Source of the DNA: Candidatus Aminicenantes bacterium
Lineage (GTDB): Bacteria > Acidobacteriota > Aminicenantia > Aminicenantales > Saccharicenantaceae
Direction: 5' to 3'
Length of the DNA: 64,000 nucleotides
Assembly (NCBI GenBank): GCA_041320535.1
Contig: JBGLNH010000001.1
Span: 1,022,253-1,086,252 of the forward strand
Below the pieces are notes generated by a model. The model saw nothing but the letters and a program-made list of their open reading frames with translations, did no database searches and was not told the DNA's origin. Below are positions 41,200 to 51,897 of this stretch, one piece after another (position 1 is the stretch's first letter; the number at the start of each line of letters is the position of its first letter). A program made the position numbers and the translations under genes.

Positions 41200-43647
41200 T
41201 CAGTTGGTCAGGGGCGGCTCTTTGGCCGCTTCGTCCTCCGCCGGGCGGGCCGCCGGGCGCTCCGCTTCGGCCGCCTTCTTGTCGCGGCTCTCGACGAGCT
41301 TCTTCGGCAGCTCCCGGGTCAGCGCGATCTTCAGGACCTCTTCCATCGTCTCGACGAGGTGAATGGTCATGCCCGTTTTGAGGGCCTTGGGCAGGTCCTT
41401 CAGGTCGGGCTCGTTGTCGCGGGGCAGGACGGCCGCGCGGATGCCCTCGCGGTAGGCCGCCAGCAGCTTCTCCTTGATCCCCCCGACGGGCAGGACCTTG
41501 CCCTTCAGGGTGATCTCGCCGGACATGGCCACTTTCTTGCTGACGGGGATGTCGGTCAGGAGCGAGATGATGGCCGTGGCGATGGTGATGCCGGCCGACG
41601 GGCCTTCCTTGGGCGTCGAGCCCTCGGGCACGTGGATGTGGATGTCGGAATTGCGGTGGAGGTCCCGGGCGATGTCGAGCTCGTAGATCTTCCCGCGGAC
41701 GAAGGAGAAGGCCGCCTGGGCCGACTCCTGCATGATCTCGCCGAGCTGTCCGGTCAGGGTGAAGTTGCCCTTGCCGTGGATCTTGGTCGCCTCGAACCGC
41801 AGGAGCTCGCCGCCGAACTCGGTCCAGGCCATGCCCGTGCCGACGCCGACCTCGTCCTTCTTGTCGAACTCGGAGCGGCGGAACTTGGGGATGCCCAGGT
41901 AGCTCTCGAGGTTCTTGGGCGTGATCCGCTCCTTGTGGTCCTTGCCCTGCTCGACGACCCTCTTGACGACCTTGCGGCAGACCGTGGTGATCTCCCGTTC
42001 GAGGTTGCGGACGCCGGCCTCGCGGGTATAGCTGCGGACGAGCTTGAGGAGGGCCGGATCGGTGATCTTGATGTTCTCCTCGGTCAGGCCGTGGGCCCCC
42101 ATCTGCTTCGGCAGGAGAAAGCGCCTGGCGATCTCGAGCTTCTCGTCCTCGGTGTAGCCGGGGATGCGGATGATCTCCATCCGGTCGATGAGCGGCTTGG
42201 GGATGGGGTCGAGCATGTTGGCGGTGACGATGAACATGACCTGGGACAGGTCGAAATCGGTGTCGATGTAGTGGTCGAGGAAAGTGCTGTTCTGCTCCGG
42301 GTCGAGGACCTCCATGAGGGCCGAGGCGGGATCGCCCCGGAAGTCCATGCTCATCTTGTCGACCTCGTCGAGGAGGAAGACGGGGTTCTTGGTCCCGCCC
42401 CGCTTGATCATCTGGATGATGCGGCCCGGGTAGGCCCCGATGTAGGTCCGCCTGTGGCCGCGGATCTCGGCCTCGTCGCGGACGCCGCCGAGGGAGAGGC
42501 GGACGAACTTGCGGCCCGTCGCCCGGGCGATCGACTTGCCCAGGGAGCTCTTCCCGACGCCGGGCGGCCCGATGAGGCCGAGGATGACGCCCCGGGGGTT
42601 CTTGACCAGCTGGCGGATGGACAGGTACTCGAGGATGCGCTCCTTGACCTTCTCCAGGCCGTGGTGGTCTTCGTTGAGGATCCTATCGGCTTCCTTGAGC
42701 TCGCGCTTCTCCCGGGACTTCTTGATCCAGGGCAGCGAGATGAGCCAGTCCAGGTAGTTCCGGCTGACCGTGGCCTCGGCCGACATCGGCGGCATGGCCT
42801 CGAGCCGCTCGATCTCCTTGTAGGCCTTCTCCTCGGCGTCCGGGGCCATCTTGGCCTTGGCCACCTTCTGGCGGAGCTCCTCGATCTCGTTGGGCTGGTC
42901 GTCCTTGCGGCCGCCGGGCGCCCCGGGCGGGAAGTTCTTCTGTTGTCCGGGCTGGTCCTTGAGAGGCACCCGCCTCCGGGCCCGGTTGGGGTCCTTCTGG
43001 TAGGCGGAGTGGATCTTGAGGATCTCGTTCTCCAGGACGTAATTGAGCCGCCTCAGGCGCTCGAAGCTGTTGACCGTCTCGAGGAGGTTCTGCTTCTCCT
43101 CGAGCGGCATGTAGACGTGGGAGGCGACGATGTCCGTGATCCGGTCCGGGGTGTTCTCCCGGAGGGCGGGAATGATCGAATCGAGGTTGGTGTTCTGGTT
43201 GAGCTTGAGGTAGTCCTCGAACAGGGCCAGGACCCGCTTCAGAAGCTCCTTGGACTCGGGGACGTGGTCCTCGACCTCTTTGACCACCTTGGCCAGGATC
43301 TGGTAGTAGGGATAGGTGCTGAGATACTCGACGATCCGGGCCCGGCTCTTGCCCTCGACGATGACCTTCATGTTCCGGTCGTCGCTCTTGATCGTCCGGA
43401 TGATCTTGGCCGTCACGCCGACCGAATAGATGTCCTTGGGCGTGGGATTGTCGACCGAGGCGTCCATCTGGGCCGCTAGGAAGATCATCTTGTCCTTCTC
43501 GGCCGCCTTTTCGAGGGCCTGGATGGACGAGGACCGCCCGACGATGAACGGGACGAGGGTGGCCGGGAACACGACGAGGTCCCTCAGGGGGATGAGCGGG
43601 ATGTTCCTGAGGACCTCGCTGTGCTCGTGTGAATCCTGCATGATCAC
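41200..43647 (-). CDS. lon: ATP-dependent protease La
   Basis: [38 protein letters not shown] catalytic Ser, GGIKEK. Confidence 0.95.
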   Translation of the reverse strand: MIMQDSHEHSEVLRNIPLIPLRDLVVFPATLVPFIVGRSSSIQALEKAAEKDKMIFLAAQMDASVDNPTPKDIYSVGVTAKIIRTIKSDDRNMKVIVEGKSRARIVEYLSTYPYYQILAKVVKEVEDHVPESKELLKRVLALFEDYLKLNQNTNLDSIIPALRENTPDRITDIVASHVYMPLEEKQNLLETVNSFERLRRLNYVLENEILKIHSAYQKDPNRARRRVPLKDQPGQQKNFPPGAPGGRKDDQPNEIEELRQKVAKAKMAPDAEEKAYKEIERLEAMPPMSAEATVSRNYLDWLISLPWIKKSREKRELKEADRILNEDHHGLEKVKERILEYLSIRQLVKNPRGVILGLIGPPGVGKSSLGKSIARATGRKFVRLSLGGVRDEAEIRGHRRTYIGAYPGRIIQMIKRGGTKNPVFLLDEVDKMSMDFRGDPASALMEVLDPEQNSTFLDHYIDTDFDLSQVMFIVTANMLDPIPKPLIDRMEIIRIPGYTEDEKLEIARRFLLPKQMGAHGLTEENIKITDPALLKLVRSYTREAGVRNLEREITTVCRKVVKRVVEQGKDHKERITPKNLESYLGIPKFRRSEFDKKDEVGVGTGMAWTEFGGELLRFEATKIHGKGNFTLTGQLGEIMQESAQAAFSFVRGKIYELDIARDLHRNSDIHIHVPEGSTPKEGPSAGITIATAIISLLTDIPVSKKVAMSGEITLKGKVLPVGGIKEKLLAAYREGIRAAVLPRDNEPDLKDLPKALKTGMTIHLVETMEEVLKIALTRELPKKLVESRDKKAAEAERPAARPAEDEAAKEPPLTN

Positions 43648-43770
43648 GCTCCGGGCCCGCCGGGGCCCCCGGTCGGTTCAGCCATGAGGCTCATGAAGCG
43701 TCGGGAACTGAGCCTTTTATCGTCGATCTGACGAGCCCATAAAGGGAGTCGCGGGAATCTAAAGCCTTGG

Positions 43771-45048
43771 TCAACTAATTATAGCCGATCTGACTAAAAA
43801 GTCAACTGTTTTGCGGAACAGGAGGGACTCCACGATCTCCTCCCGCCGGTGCTCGTCCCTGCGGAGCATGTCTTCCAGGGCGGCCTCCGAGACGCGGTTG
43901 GCCCGGGCCAGCTCCCGGACCTCCGCCCGGATCTCCTCGTCCGTGACCCCGAATCCCTCTTTCTTGGCGATCCTCTCGAGGAGGAGGTGGTTCCTGAGGT
44001 GGTCGACGGCCTGCCGCCGGGCCTCGGCCCTGAGGCTCTCGAGGGCCTCGGGGGCGATCCTCCGGTCCCGGGCGGCCTGGAGCATCCGCCTGAGGACGGC
44101 CAGGGATTCCTGTTCGACGATGGACTCCGGCAGCTCCAGGGCGATCTGGCCGGCGATCCCGGCCAAGACCTCGGAGGCCGTGTCGTTGCGGTTGGCGCGC
44201 TCGCGGACCTCCAGGAGCTCCTTGCGGACCCTGTCCCTGAGGGCCGTCAGGCCTTCGGACGCTCCCAGGCTCCTGGCGAACTCGTCGTCGAGGTCGGGCA
44301 GCCTCTTCTCCTTGAGCTCGCGGAGCTTGAGGCCGTAGGCGACGTCCTTGCCGGCCACCCGCCGGTTGGGATGGTCCTTGGGATAGGAGACCTCGAACGC
44401 CCTCTCCTCCCCCGGCGTCATGCCCTCGAGCCTCTCGTTGAGGGCCGGCTCGTTGTCGGCGTGCCCGGCCAGGACGACGGCCTTCTCGACCGGCAGGAGG
44501 CGCTTGGTCTTCATGTCCCGGCCCTGCATCTCGACGACGGCGTAGTCCCCGCTCCGGACCCCTCTCCCCTCGACAGGAACATATTCGGCGGCCCGGGCCC
44601 TGATGTCCTCCAGCGCCCGGTCGAGATCGGCCTCGGCGACCTCGGCCTTCTTGGGCTTGACCCGGACCGAGCGGTAGTCCGGCAGCTCGAACTCCGGCAG
44701 GACCTCGAAGGCCGCCGTGCACCGCAGGGGCTGTCCGTCCTCGTGCTTGAGGTCCTTGAGGACCGGCACGTTGACCGGGTTGAGGCCGAGCGCCCGCAGC
44801 TCCTCCTCGAGGACCCGGGGGATGAGCGCGTCGAAGACGTCGTGCCTGATCTCGTGGTCGAAGAGGGCCTTGACCCGCTCGCGGGGGGCGTGGCCGCGGC
44901 GGAAGCCGTCCAGCTTGGCCTTGGCGACGTAATCGCCGAGGATACTCTCGTACTCCCGGCGGACCTCGGCGTCGGGGATCTCCAGGGCGATCTCTTTGCG
45001 GCTGGGGCTCAGCTCGGTGAGCCGGCTCTGTCTTCCGGTGTCGTTCAT
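43771..45048 (-). CDS. tig: Trigger factor
   Basis: GFRRGHAP ribosome-binding motif, FKBP-like middle domain; start moved out of the tRNA to ATG 45048. Confidence 0.88.
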   Translation of the reverse strand: MNDTGRQSRLTELSPSRKEIALEIPDAEVRREYESILGDYVAKAKLDGFRRGHAPRERVKALFDHEIRHDVFDALIPRVLEEELRALGLNPVNVPVLKDLKHEDGQPLRCTAAFEVLPEFELPDYRSVRVKPKKAEVAEADLDRALEDIRARAAEYVPVEGRGVRSGDYAVVEMQGRDMKTKRLLPVEKAVVLAGHADNEPALNERLEGMTPGEERAFEVSYPKDHPNRRVAGKDVAYGLKLRELKEKRLPDLDDEFARSLGASEGLTALRDRVRKELLEVRERANRNDTASEVLAGIAGQIALELPESIVEQESLAVLRRMLQAARDRRIAPEALESLRAEARRQAVDHLRNHLLLERIAKKEGFGVTDEEIRAEVRELARANRVSEAALEDMLRRDEHRREEIVESLLFRKTVDFLVRSAIIS

Positions 45049-45075
45049 GGTGCCGTCTCTTTCGTCGAGGTCGAG

Positions 45076-45160
45076 TAGGCAGAGCGGGACTCGAACCCGC
45101 ACTCCTTCATCAGGAACTAGGTCCTAAGCCTAGCGCGTCTGCCAATTCCGCCATCTGCCC
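45076..45160 (-). tRNA. tRNA-Leu (anticodon TAG)
   Basis: GGGCAGA/TCTGCCT acceptor stem, D-loop TGGC, anticodon stem CTAGG-CT-TAG-GA-CCTAG, long variable arm, GGTTCGAGTCC; CCA not encoded. Confidence 0.95.
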
Positions 45161-45310
45161 CGATCTCGCGACGCGATCTCCAATGTAATGAACCATTTAA
45201 AGGGTCGAATCCCGGTCGTCAAGGGCCCGCTCCGGGATCTCAGGCGGAGGGCCGGACACCCATTCTAGGCGCCTGGGACGGTCCTGTCAATGCCCGGGCC
45301 GGGCCGCGTC

Positions 45311-46700
45311 TCAGCGGATGTGCTTTTTCAGCCTTTCCGCGAGCGACGGGTCCAAGGTCTGGAGCTTGTTGTAGATCTCCTTGGCGCTGAAATTGTCCTT
45401 GAGGTTGACGTAGACGATGGCCAGGTTGAACTGGGCCACGGCGTTCTCGGGCTTGAGCTCGACGCTCTTCTTGAGGGGCTCGAGGGCGGCCTCGAAGTTC
45501 TTCCCCTGCATGTAGGCGACGCCGATGCTCAGCCACCCCGAGGCGTCGTCCGGGACGAGCTCCGCGTACTTCTTGTAGGCCTCGGCGGCCTCTCTGTACT
45601 TCTTCATGTTGATGTAAGAGGAGCCGATCTGGAACCAGGCGTGGGGGAAGTCCGCCTTGACGGCGAGGCCCTGCTGGAAGGCGGCGATGGCCTGCTCATA
45701 CTGCTGGGCCTTGAAGTAGGTCAGCCCCAGGTAGTAGTGGTTCGTCTCGTTGCCCGGCTCGAGCTCGATGAGCTTCTTGGCCGGGGCGACGGCCCTGTCG
45801 TGCCGCCCGGCCAGGTCGTAGAGCTTGTAGACCTGGCGGAAGTAGACCTTGGCCTCGGGCGGGTTGATCTCGGCCAGCGCGGTGTAGACCGTCTCGGCGT
45901 TCTCGAGTTCGCCGGCCTTCTCGTAGGCCACGGCCAGCGCCAGCCGGACCTCCGCGTCTTTCGGCTGGACCTTCACGGCTTCGAGGAGAGCGGCGACGGC
46001 CGCGGGGTAATCGCCGAGCGCCGTCCGGCAGACGCCCAGGCGATGGTAGGCGGTCCAGGGGTCGGCGGGCCCCAGGGCGATGTGCTTCTCGTAGGACGCG
46101 GCGGCCTGGTTGAAATCCTGCAGCGCCTCGTAGGCCTCGCCGAGCTTCAGGTGGATGCCCTGTCCCCTGTAGCCCAGGGCCGCGGCCTTGCCGAGAGCGG
46201 CGGCCGCCTCTTTGTACTGTGTCTGGCGCATCAGGGTCGATCCGAGCCCGTAAAAGCCCTCCGGGCGGGCCGGGTCGATCTCGGTCGCCTTCTTGAACGC
46301 GGCCGCCGCGGCGCCGTAATCCCTCTGGTCGTAGGCGATGTCGCCGAGCATGAGGCTGGCGTTGAGGTCGGTGGGATCGATGCGGCTGGCCTTCTCGAGG
46401 TGGACCCGGGCCGTCATGAACTCGTTGAGGGCGGCGGCCACCCGGCCGGCGAGGTAGTTGCCCTCGACCGTGTCGAAATAATTCGTCGGGGCCTGGCCCT
46501 TGAAGGGCGTGACGGCGCCCGTGCGAGAGACGCTGACCAAGGCGCTGACCGGCAGCGCGAACTTGAGGTTCCTCTCCAGGATGAGCAGCATGCCGACCAG
46601 CTGTCCGTTGACGTCGAGGACGGGCCCGCCGCGGAACTGCTCGGGGACGGGGATGGAGACCTCGAGGACCTTCCCCACGGCCTCGACGTCCACGGCGCGC
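45311..46700 (-). CDS. TPR-repeat protein with C-terminal part of a trypsin-like domain, N-terminus missing
   Basis: GGPVLDVNGQLVG followed by many TPRs; in-frame stop 5 codons upstream, at a junction. Confidence 0.75.
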
Positions 46701-46828
46701 CGGAATCTTCACAACTTTCGGGTATCGTGATGTCAGATCAGCAGGGTGGCTGCTGAGCGAGATCGGCGATACAAACAACTTTACGGAGGGAATACAATGA
46801 AACGGCTAATCTTGATTGCAGTTCTGGC
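46700..46828 (+). other. About 130-bp lower-GC fragment with SD plus truncated signal-peptide ORF start
   Basis: GC near 50% against about 70% background; GGAGG then ATG AAA CGG CTA ATC TTG ATT GCA (MKRLILIAVL). Confidence 0.55.
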
Positions 46829-47063
46829 CGGCGTCCACGATGGTCCTGCGGGCCGTCTCGTCGGTCCGGACCTTCGCCGGGGCGATGACCGGCAGGCCGT
46901 GCTCGACGGCGAAGGCCTTGACGGCCGAAGGGGCGAGGCGGCGGCCCCGGCCCGCCGGCCTGTCAGGCTGGGTGACGACGATCTCGACCGAGTGGCCGGC
47001 GGCGAGAAGGGCTTCGAGGGAGGGGAGGGCGGCCTCCGGGCTCCCGAAAAAAACGGTCTTCAT
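46829..47063 (-). CDS. fmt: Methionyl-tRNA formyltransferase, N-terminal fragment
   Basis: VFFGSP, VVTQPDRPAGRG, PSAVK; follows def; breaks after about 78 aa. Confidence 0.82.
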
Positions 47064-47575
47064 GCTCGGGCGGGGCGGGCCGCGCTCTTCTTGAGCTTCT
47101 TCTTGATGAGGGCCCGCTTGAGGGACGAGAGCTTTTCGACGAAGAGGATGCCGTCGAGGTGGTCGATCTCGTGGCAGAAGGCCCGGGCGAGGAGGTCCTC
47201 GCCTTCGATCTCGACGGGACGGCCGTGGAGGTCGAGGCCCCGGACCCTCACCCGGTAGGGCCGGGCGACCTTCTCCCGGACGTCCGGGACCGAGAGGCAG
47301 CCCTCCTCGCAGACGGCCTCGCCCTCCGCGGCGACGATCTCGGGATTGACGAGGACGTGCAGCTGGCCCCTGTCCTCGCCGACCGAGAGGTCGACGACGA
47401 TGACCCGCTTGCCGACGCCGACCTGGGGCGCGGCCAGGCCGATGCCCGGCGCGGCGTGGACGGTCTCGACCATGTCCAGGGCCAGGCGGACGATCTCCTC
47501 GTCGACGGCGGCGACGTGCTCCGCCTTCCGGTTCAGGACCGGGTCGCCGATGATGCGGATCTCTCGCAGGGCCAT
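47060..47575 (-). CDS. def: Peptide deformylase
   Basis: GIGLAAPQVG, EGCLS, HEIDH. Confidence 0.96.
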   Translation of the reverse strand: MALREIRIIGDPVLNRKAEHVAAVDEEIVRLALDMVETVHAAPGIGLAAPQVGVGKRVIVVDLSVGEDRGQLHVLVNPEIVAAEGEAVCEEGCLSVPDVREKVARPYRVRVRGLDLHGRPVEIEGEDLLARAFCHEIDHLDGILFVEKLSSLKRALIKKKLKKSAARPARA

Positions 47576-47660
47576 TGTCTCGTCGCGCGTCTATTGTAGC
47601 CGAAAGACCCCCGCCCCTGCAAAGTTCCCAGATAAACGAGGGCAAAAATAGGTTCTTCTC

Positions 47661-47752
47661 CCGATTTCGGGAAGTCCCTCTCCGCTACGGGGATCGTCGA
47701 GGCGAATTCCCTCCCCGCCTCGAGAGGGTATCCCGGAAAGGGGAGAAGAACC
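47661..47752. repeat. Family A element copy 2 nested in a 22-bp terminal inverted repeat
   Basis: GGTTCTTCTCCCGATTTCGGGA ... TCCCGGAAAGGGGAGAAGAACC encloses the family A core at 47680-47734. Confidence 0.78.
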
Positions 47753-47759
47753 AAAAAAG

Positions 47760-47792
47760 GGGGACACGTACCCCCGGCGGGCACGTGTCCCC
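47760..47792. repeat. REP-like palindrome family C, copy 2
   Basis: GGGGACACGTACC-CCCGGC-GGGCACGTGTCCCC. Confidence 0.68.
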
Positions 47793-47799
47793 GTCAAGG

Positions 47800-49845
47800 C
47801 TAGATGACGGCGGACGGGGGCGGCGGCTCATCCGCGGCGCCCGCGTTCCTGAGCGGTACCCGGACGAGGTAGAGCCCGATGAGGACCAGGACGGCCAGGC
47901 CGCCGATGTAGAGGTCGACGACGCCGAAGTACTTGCCGCTCTTGAAGAGGGTCGGGATGTCGAACGAGATGATGTCGTTGAGGAAGAAGAACTTCCAGGC
48001 CGCCTTGAGGAGGCCCATCAGGCCCTCGCCCGCGATCAGGCCGGCCGCGAGCAGGATGCCGACGTTGGTCGCCCGGGCGGTCTGGGCGGCGTTGAAGCCC
48101 CGCTTGGCCATGGCCTTGTCGGCCAGCCCCTTCATCATGCCGCCGACGAAGATGGCGAAGGTCGTCTCGAGCGGCAGGTACATCCCGACGGCGACCAGCA
48201 TGGGCGACCTGACCTGGACGAGGATGAAGGCGAAGCCCATGAGCATGCCGACGATGACGAGCGGCCAGGCCATCTCGCCGCCGACGATGCCCTGGGACAG
48301 GGCGGCCATGAGGCCGGCCTGGGGAGCGGCGAGGTCCTTGCTGCCGAAGGTGAAGGCGCCGTGCAGGAGCATCAGGGGGAAGTACATGACCAGCGAGGCG
48401 ATGAGGATGCCGAAGATGTTGCCGACCTGCATCTTGTAGGGCGTGCCGCCGAGGATGTGCCCGACCTTGAGGTCCTGCAGCATCTCGCCGGCGACGGCGG
48501 AGGAGACGCAGACGACCGCGGCCACGCCGAGCACGGCCGCGACGCCGGTCGTCCCGGTCGCGCCGACCAGGACCATCAGCAGGGCGGCGATGATGAGCGT
48601 CGACAGGGTCAGGCCGGAGATGGGATTGTTCGACGAGCCGATCGTGCCGACGAGGTTGCCGGAGACGGCGGCGAAGAAGAACCCGGCGATGGCCATGACC
48701 ACGGCGGCCAGGAGGGCCGAGCCGAACGACCGGGAGAAGGTCTGGTAGACGAAGACCATCAGGACGAAGGTCAGGGCCATGAGGACCATGACGACCTTCA
48801 TGTTCAGGTCCTTCTCGAGCCGGGAGACGACCTCGCTCTGGCCGGCGGCCTTCCTGACGTCGCCGATCGAGCGCTTGAGCCCCGCGCCCAGGTTCTTGCG
48901 CATCCGGTAGAGGGTGTAGCCCGCGCCGACGAGCATGCCGCCGACGGCGATCGGCCGGATGATGAACTTCCAGACGTTGGTGACCATGTCGATCCAGCTG
49001 ACGTCGGCCGCGGCCACCCCCGGCCCGTAGAAGGTCGGGATGAGCTCGGGGCCGAGGAAGAACATCAGGAGGGGCGCGAACAGGCCCCAGGCCAGGACGC
49101 CGCCGGCGAAGTTGAGCGCCGCCAGGCGCGGCCCGATGATGTAGCCGACCCCGATGTAGGCGGGGAAGATGCCCGGCCCGGAGACGGCCACGCTGCCGCC
49201 GGCGCCGATCGTCGGGGCGATCTTCTCCGCGCCGAGGCGGACGAAGCTCGATCCGATATGCCCGACCCGGATGAGGAAGTCCTTGCTGGCCGCGAAGATC
49301 TGGACGACGCCGAGGGAGTAGAGGAGCGCGCCGAGGCCCATGGCCTGGAAGAGGAACCGCGAGCCCTGGCTCCCTTTCTGCCCGGCCTTGTGGATCTCGG
49401 CCGCCGCGACCGACTCGGGGAAGACGAGGTCGGGGTCGGTGACCATGACCCGGCGGAGGAAGGTGACGAACAGGATGCCGAGCAGTCCGCCGACGAACAT
49501 CAGCGCCGTCGACTTGATGTAGGCGTCGAAGGTGTTGAAGTTCGACCAGGCCCCGGAGATGACGAAGGCCGGGATGGTGAAGATGGCCCCGGCCGCGATC
49601 GACTCGCCGATGGAGCCGATGGTCCGGGCGATGTTCTCCTCGAGGATGGAGCCCTTCATGATCCTCAGCACGGCCATGCCGATGACGGCCGCCGGGTAGG
49701 TCGCGGCGATCGTCATGCCGGCCCGCAGGCCGAGGTAGGCGTTGGCCGCGCCCAGGATGACCGTCAGGACCAGGCCGATGAGGATGGCCCGGAGCGTGAA
49801 TTCCCTCATTTCCGTTTTTTCGGGGACGTAGGGTTGATGGCTCAC
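47800..49845 (-). CDS. OPT-family oligopeptide transporter
   Basis: EFTLRA, YLGLRAGMT, ENIARTIGSIGES, FPESVA, LQDLKVGH, GMYLP; GTG start with SD. Confidence 0.9.
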   Translation of the reverse strand: MSHQPYVPEKTEMREFTLRAILIGLVLTVILGAANAYLGLRAGMTIAATYPAAVIGMAVLRIMKGSILEENIARTIGSIGESIAAGAIFTIPAFVISGAWSNFNTFDAYIKSTALMFVGGLLGILFVTFLRRVMVTDPDLVFPESVAAAEIHKAGQKGSQGSRFLFQAMGLGALLYSLGVVQIFAASKDFLIRVGHIGSSFVRLGAEKIAPTIGAGGSVAVSGPGIFPAYIGVGYIIGPRLAALNFAGGVLAWGLFAPLLMFFLGPELIPTFYGPGVAAADVSWIDMVTNVWKFIIRPIAVGGMLVGAGYTLYRMRKNLGAGLKRSIGDVRKAAGQSEVVSRLEKDLNMKVVMVLMALTFVLMVFVYQTFSRSFGSALLAAVVMAIAGFFFAAVSGNLVGTIGSSNNPISGLTLSTLIIAALLMVLVGATGTTGVAAVLGVAAVVCVSSAVAGEMLQDLKVGHILGGTPYKMQVGNIFGILIASLVMYFPLMLLHGAFTFGSKDLAAPQAGLMAALSQGIVGGEMAWPLVIVGMLMGFAFILVQVRSPMLVAVGMYLPLETTFAIFVGGMMKGLADKAMAKRGFNAAQTARATNVGILLAAGLIAGEGLMGLLKAAWKFFFLNDIISFDIPTLFKSGKYFGVVDLYIGGLAVLVLIGLYLVRVPLRNAGAADEPPPPSAVI

Positions 49846-49995
49846 GCGCGCTCCTTTCCGAAAGAATCCGACTGAGGCGACTAATGTATATGGGAAGTGC
49901 GGAGGGCTGTCAAGACGGCCGCGACGCCCGGACGCTCCCATTGCGTCGGGGCGGGAATTGTGTTACAAAAGGGCCCGGACCGAGAAAGAGGCAAC

Positions 49996-51027
49996 ATGAG
50001 CGTTATCAGCTGGTTGAAAGACAGGCTTTTCTGCGATCTGGCCATCGACCTGGGCACGGCCAACACCCTCGTCTTCCTCAAGGGCAAGGGGATCATCGTC
50101 CAGGAGCCCTCGATCGTCGTCGTCAACAAGACGACGGGCAAGGTCGAGGCCGTCGGTGCGCGGGCCAAGGAGATGCTCGGCAAGACGCCGACGAGCGTCA
50201 TCGCCATCAAGCCCATGCGCGACGGCGTCATCGCCGACTTCGAGATCGCCGAGAAGATGCTGGACTTCTTCATCAAGAGGGCCATGAACAACCGCGGCTT
50301 CCTTCTCCGCCCCCGGATCGTCATCGGCATCCCGACCGGCATCACCCAGGTCGAGCGCCGGGCCGTCAAGGACGTGGCCATGCGGGCCAAGGCCTCGGAG
50401 GTCTACCTCATCGAGCAGCCGATGTCGGCCGCGATCGGCGCCGATCTGCCCATCTCCGAGCCGACCGGCAACATGATCGTCGACATCGGCGGCGGGACGA
50501 CCGACATCGCCGTCATCTCCCTCGACGGCATCGTCTTCAACCACAGCATCCGCGTCGCCGGCAACGAGATGGACGACGCCGTCATCCACTACCTCAAGAA
50601 GAAGTACAACCTCCTCATCGGCGAGCGCACGGCCGAGATCGTCAAGATGCAGATCGGGTCGGCCTACCCCCTCGACGAGCCGATGACGATGGAGATCAAG
50701 GGCCGCGACCTCCGCGAGGGCATCCCGCGCACCATCGTCGTCGACGACCAGGAGATCCGCGAGGCCATCGAGGAGCCCGTGGCCGCGATCATCAACGCCA
50801 TCCGCATCGCCCTCGAGCGCACCCCGCCCGAGCTCTCGGCGGACATCATCGACCGGGGCATCATCCTGACCGGCGGCGGGGCGCTGCTCAAGAACCTCGA
50901 CAAGAGGATCCGCGAGGAGACCCAGCTGCCCGTGTTCATCACCGAGGACCCGCTGACGACGGTCGTCCTCGGGGCCGGAAAGATGCTCGACGACCTCGAA
51001 CTGCTCAAGAAGATATCCCTCATCTGA
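49996..51027 (+). CDS. mreB: Rod shape-determining protein MreB
   Basis: IDLGTANT, DGVIADF, DIGGGTTD, IGERTAE, LTGGGALL. Confidence 0.96.
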   Translation: MSVISWLKDRLFCDLAIDLGTANTLVFLKGKGIIVQEPSIVVVNKTTGKVEAVGARAKEMLGKTPTSVIAIKPMRDGVIADFEIAEKMLDFFIKRAMNNRGFLLRPRIVIGIPTGITQVERRAVKDVAMRAKASEVYLIEQPMSAAIGADLPISEPTGNMIVDIGGGTTDIAVISLDGIVFNHSIRVAGNEMDDAVIHYLKKKYNLLIGERTAEIVKMQIGSAYPLDEPMTMEIKGRDLREGIPRTIVVDDQEIREAIEEPVAAIINAIRIALERTPPELSADIIDRGIILTGGGALLKNLDKRIREETQLPVFITEDPLTTVVLGAGKMLDDLELLKKISLI

Positions 51028-51057
51028 GGGACGGACCGCGGCCGCGCGAGAGGTTCC

Positions 51058-51897
51058 ATGGCCCTCGGAGAGAAGAGACGGAGCGCGCTCGTCCTCGTCG
51101 GCCTGCTTCTCTTCCACGTCGTCCTCATCTCCGTGCAGGTCCCCCGGGGCTCCGAAAAGTCGCTCTTCGAGCAGGCGGTCTTCTTCGTGTTCTCGCCCGT
51201 CCAGCGTCTGGCGACGGGCCTGGTGCGGGGGATCGGATCGGCCTGGCGCGGCTACTTCGACCTGCGCGGCGTCCGGGCCGAGAACGAGCGCCTCAAGCGG
51301 CAGGCCTTCTTCCTGGGCCAGGACGTCCGCTTCCTCGAGGACCGGCTGCGCTACTACCGCTCCGAATCCGAGCTCAAGGGCCTGCTGGCGGAGTTCCGCG
51401 GCACGATCGTCCCGGCCCGGGTCATCGGCGTCGACAGCGCCGATCCCCACCAGTCCATCGTCATCGACAAGGGCAGCCTCGACGGCCTCGGCCGGGACAT
51501 GGCCGTCTGCGACATGGCCGGAGCGCTCGTCGGGCGGACCATCGCGCCCGTCGGCCTCAAGGAGACGATGGTCCAGCTCATCACCGACAAGGACAGCGCG
51601 GTCGGCGTCCAGTCGGCCGTCGACAAGCTGACGGGGTCCCTGGCCGGCCGCTCCGGTCCCCTCTGCGAGCTGCGCTACGTCCTGGCCAGCGTTACCGGCG
51701 GGTCGGCGGGCGAGGAGCTGCGGACCACGGGCTTTGACAGGATCTATCCGCCCGGCCTGCGCGTCGGCCGCATCCTCAGCCTGGACAAGGACGAGGCTTC
51801 GCCGATCTTCCGGCGCGTCCTCGTCGAGCCCTACTTCCGCTTCAACACGCTCGACGTCGTCGCCGTCCTGACCGGACAGCCGGGAGGCGCGAGGTGA
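51058..51897 (+). CDS. mreC: Rod shape-determining protein MreC
   Basis: TM plus coiled coil (LRGVRAENERLK), IVIDKGS, TTG..IYPPGL.VG. Confidence 0.9.
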   Translation: MALGEKRRSALVLVGLLLFHVVLISVQVPRGSEKSLFEQAVFFVFSPVQRLATGLVRGIGSAWRGYFDLRGVRAENERLKRQAFFLGQDVRFLEDRLRYYRSESELKGLLAEFRGTIVPARVIGVDSADPHQSIVIDKGSLDGLGRDMAVCDMAGALVGRTIAPVGLKETMVQLITDKDSAVGVQSAVDKLTGSLAGRSGPLCELRYVLASVTGGSAGEELRTTGFDRIYPPGLRVGRILSLDKDEASPIFRRVLVEPYFRFNTLDVVAVLTGQPGGAR

